Positions 52,112 through 59,012 of a DNA stretch of 59,012 bases are shown piece after piece. The first letter of the stretch is position 1, and each line of letters opens with the position of its first letter. The stretch is taken from assembly GCA_964558825.1 (NCBI GenBank), contig CAZLGB010000001.1, forward strand, positions 1 to 59,012, written 5' to 3'. The position numbers were made by a program, and so were the translations under genes. The notes under the pieces are model-generated. The model saw nothing but the letters and a program-made list of their open reading frames with translations. It had not been told where the DNA came from and did not search any database. The DNA is from an uncultured Intrasporangiaceae bacterium (GTDB lineage: Bacteria > Actinomycetota > Actinomycetes > Actinomycetales > Dermatophilaceae).

Positions 52112-52741
52112 CTAGCGCGCAGATGGGTCGCCGGCCCCGGCCACCGGCAGCAGCCAGGCGCGCTCGACCGCGTCGACATGACGGGCGAAGAAGGCATCCC
52201 GCTGCTCGACCGTCTGCAGGTGGCGCCACAGCTTGCGGTCCAGCTCGATGGCCCCGTGAACGGACGCCCACATCGAGGACGCCACCTCCAGCAGGTCGGT
52301 CGCCTTCAGCCGGCCGGCCGTGACCATGCGCATCATGGCCGCGACGACTTTACTCAGCCCCGGTGCGATGAGGGCGTCGACCAAGGATTCGCGGCCTTCG
52401 ACGCTGAATCGGCCGCCGAACATCACGGCATACAGGTCGACGTGATCGAGCGCCCACGCGCGGTAGGCGAAAACATAGCTACGGAGGTCTGCCGCAGGAT
52501 CAGCGGTCTCGGGCACCTGCAGGAGGGCGGCCGTGAGGCTATCTGCGCCAGCCTCGATGACCGCGTCGATCAACTCTTGCTTGCCCCCGAAGAGGGCATA
52601 GATGGCGCTCGTCGACGTGCCGTGCTCCGCTGCCAGGCGACGCATGACCAGTCCGTCGACTCCCCCTCCGGCCACAGTGCGAGCTGCTCCCTCGAGCAGA
52701 GCATCCCGCAGCCCCTTGTCATGGATCTTCGGCCTGGCCAT
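52112..52741 (-). CDS. TetR/AcrR family transcriptional regulator
   Basis: HTH LVMRRLAAEHGTSTSAIYALFGGKQELI. Confidence 0.85.
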   Translation of the reverse strand: MARPKIHDKGLRDALLEGAARTVAGGGVDGLVMRRLAAEHGTSTSAIYALFGGKQELIDAVIEAGADSLTAALLQVPETADPAADLRSYVFAYRAWALDHVDLYAVMFGGRFSVEGRESLVDALIAPGLSKVVAAMMRMVTAGRLKATDLLEVASSMWASVHGAIELDRKLWRHLQTVEQRDAFFARHVDAVERAWLLPVAGAGDPSAR

Positions 52742-52941
52742 GCGCCGGAAATTAGCATAGCCAGATTGGAACGACGTTATGGAACATCGATGAAAAGAAC
52801 ATGGCGATATGCCGGAAAGGCCCGAAATACCACTACTTTCTCCGGTTCACCTTCCCACTGAGCGGGGATCGCCCCTCGCAGTCACCCCACGCGACCGGGC
52901 ATTTTGCGGTCGTATGCCGTGCCCGTTGACCGCGTCACCTC

Positions 52942-53808
52942 TTAGGCCGGCTTGGGAGGCCGGAACCCGCACAGCTGACGCGACATCGCCACCAGGTGCC
53001 CGGTGGAGTCCCAAATGCTGGCGTCCTCCTCCATGAGGCCGCCGACGACGTTTTCGGTGCGTAGCTGCACCCGCAACCAGCCCGGAGCCGGTCGAGCGCG
53101 CAGGTGAGCGCTGAATTCGAGCGTGGGGACCCAGCCGAACAGGCCGAGGTCGAAGGCCACCGGAGGGAGGGCATCGAGCGCCCACAGCAGAGACATGACG
53201 TCGGGCTCGCGGCCGTCGGCGAAGCGCAGCCACCCGTTGATCAGGCCCTGGCCCGAGGGCTTGCCGTGCAGCCAGCCCGCGGTGGCCGGGTCCAGGCGCA
53301 GGTCCATCCGCGACACGAGCGTCGAGTGCGCGAGGTAATCGGGGCTGAAGGCCCGCGTGACGCATTCGTCGGGGGGCGGCAGCTCGGGCGCCGCTGCCAT
53401 CTTGACCTGAGGCTGCAGACGCTCACTGAGGTCACCGAAGGTCGCCAGCGCTCGCATCCGCTCGATCGGCGACCCGTCGGGGCCGGGCTGGGAGAGGCTC
53501 ACCTGGCCGGATGACATCGTCCGACCGGCCCGCAGCACCTCCGTCGTCAGCGAGATCGGCCCGGGCAGGGTCGGGAGGGTGAAGTAGGCGCTGAGCGCGA
53601 GCGGGTCGGGGTGCAACCCGTCCTTGTCGAGTCGATGCTTCAGTGCCGAGGCACCGAGGCACATGAGCAGGCCCCCGTTGACCCCGTTGCCGATCATCCA
53701 GCGGTCGTCGACCGCTCCGGTCAGTTGTTCCGGCCCCGCTCCGGGACTGAGGCTGATGGCGCGATCGAACTCGTAATCAGCCGATGCGTCCTGCGTGGAG
53801 TTCCCCAT
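52942..53808 (-). CDS. Acyl-CoA thioesterase-like (double hot-dog) family protein
   Basis: 288 aa. N-terminal GNGVNGGLLMCLGASAL and the overall thioesterase-like superfamily pattern. Confidence 0.7.
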   Translation of the reverse strand: MGNSTQDASADYEFDRAISLSPGAGPEQLTGAVDDRWMIGNGVNGGLLMCLGASALKHRLDKDGLHPDPLALSAYFTLPTLPGPISLTTEVLRAGRTMSSGQVSLSQPGPDGSPIERMRALATFGDLSERLQPQVKMAAAPELPPPDECVTRAFSPDYLAHSTLVSRMDLRLDPATAGWLHGKPSGQGLINGWLRFADGREPDVMSLLWALDALPPVAFDLGLFGWVPTLEFSAHLRARPAPGWLRVQLRTENVVGGLMEEDASIWDSTGHLVAMSRQLCGFRPPKPA

Positions 53809-53814
53809 GACCGC

Positions 53815-54627
53815 TCAGTCTTGCACTGCCTGCTGCGCCACGGCGAAGGCCCGCCGAAACGGCAGGACGACCCCGCCGGGTCCGGGCGGATAGGCGGCCC
53901 GCAGCCGGCTGGCGAACTCGGCGAGGAAGGCCTCCCGCAGGGGCCCTTCGGGGATGGCCTGGATGGTCGGGCGGGCGCCCGTGCCGGACACCCACTCGAG
54001 GACGGGGTCTGGTCCTGGCAGCACGTGCAGGTAGGTCGTCTCCCAGGCGTCGACGCCAAGGCCGAGCCGGCCCAGGTGCTCGAGATAGGCCGCTGCGCGC
54101 GGTGCGTCAGGCGCCGCGACCCCCCGGGTGTATGCCGTGTACGGGGCTTCGGCGGCCAGCTCACGCCGGATCGTGTGGCTGGGTTGGTCGAAATTGCCGG
54201 GCACCTGGATGGCCAGCCACCCACCGGGGGCGAGTCGCTCGACGAGGCGTGGGAGCAGCTCGAGGTGATCGGGGATCCATTGCAGCGCTGCATTGCTGAT
54301 GATGACGTCGACCGCTGCGTCGGGCTCCCAGCTGCGCACGTCGCCCAGCTCGAAGGACAGCTGGCCCCTCGCCCCGGCACGGCCCGCGGGCTCCGGGCGG
54401 CGCAACGCCTGGGCTTGCTCGATCATCCGCGCCGAGCTGTCCACACCGACGACCCGTGCGTCGGGCCAGCGCTCGGCGAGCAGCTCGGTGAGCGTCCCCG
54501 GGCCGCACCCGAGGTCGACGACCAGACGCGGATCCTCGGCGCCGACCCGGGCGAGCAGCTCGACGAACGGACGGCCGCGCTCGGCGGCATACCGCAGATA
54601 GGTCTGCGGATCCCACGTGTGGACCAT
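53815..54627 (-). CDS. tam: Trans-aconitate 2-methyltransferase
   Basis: WDPQTYLRYAAERGRPFVELL..VVDLGCGPGTLTELLAERWP..VVGVDSSARMI..SNAALQW is the Tam pattern. ATG 54627 preferred; GTG 54645 is possible. Confidence 0.85.
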   Translation of the reverse strand: MVHTWDPQTYLRYAAERGRPFVELLARVGAEDPRLVVDLGCGPGTLTELLAERWPDARVVGVDSSARMIEQAQALRRPEPAGRAGARGQLSFELGDVRSWEPDAAVDVIISNAALQWIPDHLELLPRLVERLAPGGWLAIQVPGNFDQPSHTIRRELAAEAPYTAYTRGVAAPDAPRAAAYLEHLGRLGLGVDAWETTYLHVLPGPDPVLEWVSGTGARPTIQAIPEGPLREAFLAEFASRLRAAYPPGPGGVVLPFRRAFAVAQQAVQD

Positions 54628-54644
54628 CCCCCGAGGGGACCACA

Positions 54645-54672
54645 CGATTTATCTTGATGTCAAGATAAATCG
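54645..54672. promoter_or_regulatory. AT-rich perfect inverted repeat (13-bp arms, 2-bp centre): candidate operator
   Basis: CGATTTATCTTGA-TG-TCAAGATAAATCG. Lies immediately upstream of tam and overlaps the stop codon (54660-62) of the upstream gene. Extremely AT-rich for this genome. Confidence 0.6.
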
Positions 54673-55280
54673 CGAACGAGCCGCCCACCGCCCACGTCCC
54701 GGAAGCCGACGCCCAGCAGATAGGTCCGGTGGACGGCCGTCGTCGGCGTCGCCACGACCTGCTCGACACCGGCGCCGCGCAGGACCTTGGCACCCGGGCC
54801 GTAGAGCCAGGTGCCGATGTGCGAGTCGCGGTAGGCCGCCATGACGTAGTCGAGGGTGAGCTCGAGTTGCTCACCCGCGCGCCGTCCGACGAGCGCGCCG
54901 GCCGGCAGGCCGTCACGGGTCAGCACGAGAGCCAGGTCTGCGGGTGCGCTGCCCGTGAACTCCGGTTGCGAGCGGCGGATGTCCTCCAGGTGCGACCCGA
55001 TGAAGTCGGCGAAGAAGGGCGCCTGCGGGTCGATGGGGGTCGCGCCCAGCGCCCGGCCACCGCCGAGCTCCTTGCGCAGGAACCAGATGTTGAGGACCGC
55101 CACGGCGGCGTTGGTGACGATGATCGGCACCGAGCCGAGCAGCAGCCCATAGACGACGAAGGTCACCGACCCGACCAACGAGATGCTGCGCAGGCGCACG
55201 ACATTGGTCATCGCCAGCGACGCGACGACCAGCGCCGAGGCGGCATATCCGACGAGTTCCACGGGACTGAGCCAGTTCAC
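54660..55280 (-). CDS. Membrane protein of unknown function (N-terminal 3-TM YgjV-like segment plus soluble C-terminal domain)
   Basis: TM helices VELVGYAASALVVASLAM.. and VGSVTFVVYGLLLGSVPIIVTNAAVAVLNIWFL. The start is ambiguous (GTG 55280 or 55310). Confidence 0.6.
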   Translation of the reverse strand: MNWLSPVELVGYAASALVVASLAMTNVVRLRSISLVGSVTFVVYGLLLGSVPIIVTNAAVAVLNIWFLRKELGGGRALGATPIDPQAPFFADFIGSHLEDIRRSQPEFTGSAPADLALVLTRDGLPAGALVGRRAGEQLELTLDYVMAAYRDSHIGTWLYGPGAKVLRGAGVEQVVATPTTAVHRTYLLGVGFRDVGGGRLVRDLS

Positions 55281-55390
55281 GCCCGGAAGCTTAGGACCCG
55301 GCCCGCGCACATGGTGCGGGCGACGGGCGATCGCGCCCCTGCCGCCGTGTCGGGGCGGGGTTGTCGGTGCCCGGTGGCATCGTCGGCGGC

Positions 55391-56587
55391 ATGGATGGCT
55401 TTGCTCCGCTCGCTCTCGCCGCCCTCGCCGGTGCCGTCATCACCTGGCTGGTGATCCAGGTGCGGTATGCCGCGCGCCTCGCCGCGGCGACGGCCGAGCG
55501 CGACGTGCTGCGCGAGCGGGTCGTCGACCTCGAGGCCACCGTCGCGGCGGACGACGAGACGGCCGCTCTCGTCGCCCCGCTGGCGGCGAGCCTCGACCGG
55601 GTGGCCGCGCAGGTGCACACCCTCGAGCGCGAGCGCGGCGAGCAGTTCTCCCGGGTCGCGCTGGAGCTGGCCCGGGTGCAGTCGAGCACCGACGGGCTGC
55701 GTGATCAGACCGCCTCGCTCGTCGGCTCGCTCTCCTCGGCCAACACGCGCGGGGCGTGGGGCGAGCTGACCCTGCGCCGGGTGCTCGAGGTATCGGGGAT
55801 GCTTCCCCGCTGCGACTTCGACACCCAGTGGAGCGGTCGCACCCGCGATGGGGCGGCGGTGCGCCCCGACGTCGTCGTTCACCTGCCCGGCGACAAGCAT
55901 CTGGCGATCGACGCCAAGGCCCCGATGAGCGACTTCCTCGCCGCGGCCGCCGACGGGCTCGACGAGCCGGCCCGGGCCGACCTGCTGCGCCGTCATGCGC
56001 GGGCGCTGCGCGGGCATGTCGAGACGCTGGCAGCCAAGGGCTACTGGTCGGCCGTCGGCCCCTCCCCCGAGCTCGTCGTGTGCTTCGTGCCCGGCGATGC
56101 GCTGCTCGCCACCGCCTTGTCCGCCGACCCGGGCCTGCACGAGCACGCCATGGCCAAGCGAGTCGTGCTGGCCTCTCCCGCAACGCTGTTGGCGTTGCTG
56201 CGCACGGTGGCGGTCACCTGGCAGCAGGACGCGCTCGCCGATGGAGCCCGCGAGCTGCTCGGGCTGGGCCGCGACCTCTATGCGCGGATCGGCGCGCTGG
56301 GTCGGCATACCGAGGCGGTCGGGGCGAGCCTGCGGCGCTCGGTGCAGGCCTACAACGGGCTCGTCGGGTCGCTCGAGGGGCGGGTGCTCGTCACCGCGCG
56401 GCGGATGCAGCAGCTCGGGCTGGCCGACGAGCCGCTGCCCGCACCGGCGCCGGTGCTCGAGACGCCACGCCCGCTCACCGCCGTCGAGTTGCTCGAGGCG
56501 CTCGACGAGCAGCTGGCCGCCGAGGGCGCGGGGCGCGAGCCAATCGTGCAAGAGGTGGTGGCGCGACGCGAGCGAGAGGTGGGCTGA
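55391..56587 (+). CDS. rmuC: DNA recombination protein RmuC
   Basis: N-terminal TM and coiled coil, then GAWGELTLRRVLE..LAIDAKAP..FVPGDA..A.E..V.LASPATLLALLR is the RmuC pattern. Start ambiguous (55361 TTG or 55391 ATG). Confidence 0.85.
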   Translation: MDGFAPLALAALAGAVITWLVIQVRYAARLAAATAERDVLRERVVDLEATVAADDETAALVAPLAASLDRVAAQVHTLERERGEQFSRVALELARVQSSTDGLRDQTASLVGSLSSANTRGAWGELTLRRVLEVSGMLPRCDFDTQWSGRTRDGAAVRPDVVVHLPGDKHLAIDAKAPMSDFLAAAADGLDEPARADLLRRHARALRGHVETLAAKGYWSAVGPSPELVVCFVPGDALLATALSADPGLHEHAMAKRVVLASPATLLALLRTVAVTWQQDALADGARELLGLGRDLYARIGALGRHTEAVGASLRRSVQAYNGLVGSLEGRVLVTARRMQQLGLADEPLPAPAPVLETPRPLTAVELLEALDEQLAAEGAGREPIVQEVVARREREVG

Positions 56588-56616
56588 CGCCGCTCAGGAC
56601 GTGCTCGACGAAGCAC

Positions 56617-57684
56617 TCAGTGCAGCGAGCCCGAGCCGGAGAAGGACCCGTCGTGGCGGACCGTGGCAGGGTCCTGTCCGGAGAGGTTCTTGATGTCCCG
56701 GCGCAGCTCGTTGGGCAGGGCGAAGAGCAATGACTCCTCCGCGGCGACGACCGGCTGCACGTCGGTGAACCCCCGCTCGGCGAGGAAGTCGAGCACGTCC
56801 CGGACGAGCAGCTCGGGCACGCTGGCCCCGGAGGTCACTCCGACGGTGGTGACGCCGTCGAGCCAGGCCGGGTCGATCTCGGCGGCATAGTCGACCAGGT
56901 GGCCGGCCGCGGCGCCATGCTCGAGGGCGACCTCGACGAGGCGCACCGAGTTGGAGGAGTTGCGCGAGCCGACGACGATCATCAGGTCGGTGTCACGGGC
57001 CATCTGCTTGACCGCGAGCTGGCGATTCTGGGTGGCATAGCAGATGTCATCGCTCGGCGGGTCGACGAGCGCCGGGAAGCGCTCGCGCAGCCGGGCCACC
57101 GTCTCGAGGGTCTCGTCGACCGACAGCGTGGTCTGCGAGAGCCAGACGACCTTGTCGGGGTCGCGGACCTGCACATCGGCGACCGCGTGCGGTCCGTCGA
57201 CGATGCGGATGTGCTCGGGCGCCTCGCCGCTCGTGCCGACGACCTCCTCGTGGCCCTCGTGGCCGATGAGCAGGATGTCGTAGTCGTCCTTGGCGAAGCG
57301 CACGGCCTCGCGGTGGACCTTGGTCACCAACGGGCAGGTCGCGTCGATCGTCTTGAGCGAGCGCGCGGCCGCCTCGGCGTGGACGACCGGGGCGACGCCG
57401 TGGGCGGAGAAGATCACCGTCGCGCCCTCGGGCACCTCGTCGGTCTCGTCGACGAAGACCGCACCCCGGCCCCGCAGCGTCTCGACGACGTGCTTGTTGT
57501 GGACGATCTCCTTGCGGACATAGACCGGCGGCCCGTAGAGCTCGAGCGCCTTCTCCACGGTGACGACCGCCCGGTCCACGCCTGCGCAATAGCCGCGTGG
57601 AGCCGCGAGGAGCACGCGTTTGGCGGCTGACCCTGCCGGTGCGGGGTTCGGTGAGACGCCGGACGTATCTGCAGCGGGCGGCAT
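56617..57684 (-). CDS. ispH: 4-hydroxy-3-methylbut-2-enyl diphosphate reductase
   Basis: [50 protein letters not shown] is the IspH/LytB pattern. Confidence 0.93.
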   Translation of the reverse strand: MPPAADTSGVSPNPAPAGSAAKRVLLAAPRGYCAGVDRAVVTVEKALELYGPPVYVRKEIVHNKHVVETLRGRGAVFVDETDEVPEGATVIFSAHGVAPVVHAEAAARSLKTIDATCPLVTKVHREAVRFAKDDYDILLIGHEGHEEVVGTSGEAPEHIRIVDGPHAVADVQVRDPDKVVWLSQTTLSVDETLETVARLRERFPALVDPPSDDICYATQNRQLAVKQMARDTDLMIVVGSRNSSNSVRLVEVALEHGAAAGHLVDYAAEIDPAWLDGVTTVGVTSGASVPELLVRDVLDFLAERGFTDVQPVVAAEESLLFALPNELRRDIKNLSGQDPATVRHDGSFSGSGSLH

Positions 57685-57718
57685 ACCCTCATGCTACGTG
57701 CGCGCATGAGGTATGCCG
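57679..57718. repeat. Inverted pair of the abundant octamer forming an imperfect 13-14-bp inverted repeat in the ispH divergent intergenic region
   Basis: GGCATACCCTCATG (57680-93) and CATGAGGTATGCC (57705-17). The first copy contains the ispH start codon. Confidence 0.8.
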
Positions 57719-57751
57719 TCCCACCGCTTGTCTCCCCGGAGGACACCCGCC

Positions 57752-59012
57752 ATGACCGACCGCCAGCCCACCGACCTCGTCGTCGTCCTGCCCGGGATCA
57801 CCGGGTCGACCCTCTACAAAGACGGCAAGCCCGTGTGGGAGCCCTCGGCCGGAGCCCTGATCAACGCTCTGTTCACCCTCGGAGGGAGCCTGCGCTCGCT
57901 CAAGCTCCCCGACGGGATCGGTGACGACCACCCGGCTGACGGGATCGAGCCGCGGGCGCTCGTCGACGACGTCCACGTCATCCCGGGCATTTGGACCCCG
58001 ATCAAGGGCTATTCCCCGCTTATCGATCGGCTGCACGCGCTCGGTTACCGCGAGCCGACCGCCGACACTCCCGGCAACCTGCTCCCGATGCCCTACGACT
58101 GGCGCCTGTCCAATCGCTACACGGCCGGCTGGATGGCCCCGACGATCCAGCGAGAGCTGGAGCGCTGGCGCGCCCAGGGCGGGCGGTATGCCGGCGCGAC
58201 GGTCACCTTCGTCTGCCACTCGATGGGTGGGCTCGTCGCGCGGTGGTATGCCGCCCACCAGGGGGCCGATCACACCGGGATGATCGTCACCTTCGGCACG
58301 CCGATGCGCGGCTCGATGAATGCCGTCGACCAACTCGTCAACGGCGCCCCCTCATCCATGGGGCCGCTGCGCGGGCTCATCAGCGACCTCGGCCGGTCGC
58401 TGCCGTCGCTTCACCAGTTGCTGCCGTCCTATGCCTGCGTCACCGGCGGTGCCGAGCTCGAGCGGATCGATCCGGCAGTCCTCCCCCACGGCAACTCGGC
58501 GATGGTCGCCGACGGGCTCGCCTTCTACGACCAGCTGGAGACCGCCGAAGCCGGCGACCCGGCATACGCCAAGAAGCTCCACGCGATCGTCGGGACCAAC
58601 CAGCCGACCCAGACGACCGTGGCCATGCGCCCCGACGGGGTGGAGATCTATGCCAACTACGGCGACGACGACTTCCAGGGCGACTCGACGGTGCCGCTCG
58701 TCGGCGCGGCGCCCAAGGGGGTGGCGCTCAATGACAACACCCTGCGGCGCGTCCCCGACAATCACGGCAACCTGCAACGCAATCCGGCCGCCCTCGACGA
58801 GCTCGAAGGGGTGCTGCGCGCCAAGCCGATCATCGCCAAGGGCGACCTGCTCATCCCCCTCTCCGTCACCGTGCCCACGGTCGTGGCGGCCGGCGAGGCC
58901 CTCGCCGTCGAGGTCGCCGTCGACCCGGGCAACAGCCCTGCGCTGCGGGCCACGGTGCGCGCGGCAGGCGCCCACCAGGGCAGCGGCACGACCCGGCCGC
59001 TGACCATCGAGG
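57752..59012 (+). CDS. Alpha/beta-hydrolase, LCAT/PGAP1-like lipase-acyltransferase family; 3' end beyond the window
   Basis: Frame open from ATG 57752 (GGAGG 10 nt upstream) to the window end, and not in the track because it has no stop. LPGITGS oxyanion-type motif, nucleophile elbow CHSMGG and DSTVP..H late motifs. Confidence 0.75.
   Translation, partial: MTDRQPTDLVVVLPGITGSTLYKDGKPVWEPSAGALINALFTLGGSLRSLKLPDGIGDDHPADGIEPRALVDDVHVIPGIWTPIKGYSPLIDRLHALGYREPTADTPGNLLPMPYDWRLSNRYTAGWMAPTIQRELERWRAQGGRYAGATVTFVCHSMGGLVARWYAAHQGADHTGMIVTFGTPMRGSMNAVDQLVNGAPSSMGPLRGLISDLGRSLPSLHQLLPSYACVTGGAELERIDPAVLPHGNSAMVADGLAFYDQLETAEAGDPAYAKKLHAIVGTNQPTQTTVAMRPDGVEIYANYGDDDFQGDSTVPLVGAAPKGVALNDNTLRRVPDNHGNLQRNPAALDELEGVLRAKPIIAKGDLLIPLSVTVPTVVAAGEALAVEVAVDPGNSPALRATVRAAGAHQGSGTTRPLTIE

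Overview
High-GC (roughly 70% by eye) actinobacterial chromosome segment. mshB (mycothiol), sigE-rseA, dapE/dapD/dapC, fdxA, gltA, typA, ispH, rmuC and ychF give a conserved core synteny typical of Actinomycetota. Most genes lie on the minus strand in long strings, many joined by overlapping ATGA/GTGA stop-start junctions. Three things stand out. (1) The exact octamer GTATGCCG/CGGCATAC occurs about once per 0.7-0.8 kb across the whole window, in both orientations, all reading frames and intergenic DNA, far above compositional expectation. (2) A ~10.2 kb element (40850-51013), bounded by an 8-bp direct repeat, has inserted into the last codons of ychF and encodes a large serine recombinase. It carries a replication-like module and an HNH-TerS-TerL packaging module but no portal, capsid, tail or lysis genes. 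It therefore looks like a phage satellite, or a neatly deleted prophage, with a small low-GC cargo. (3) Several non-coding structures are present: a tandem 48-bp hairpin repeat at 7647-7788, an AT-rich perfect palindrome at 54645-54672 and a nested palindrome at 40660-40705. Also noted are an Opp/Dpp-type ABC operon with two substrate-binding lipoproteins interleaved with the permeases, and a small accessory patch (37.1-40.5 kb) with an orphan immunity-like gene. I found no rRNA, tRNA or CRISPR array. All product calls rest on motif and family recognition from the translations, not on database searches. Many long six-frame ORFs are high-GC shadow ORFs and were discarded.
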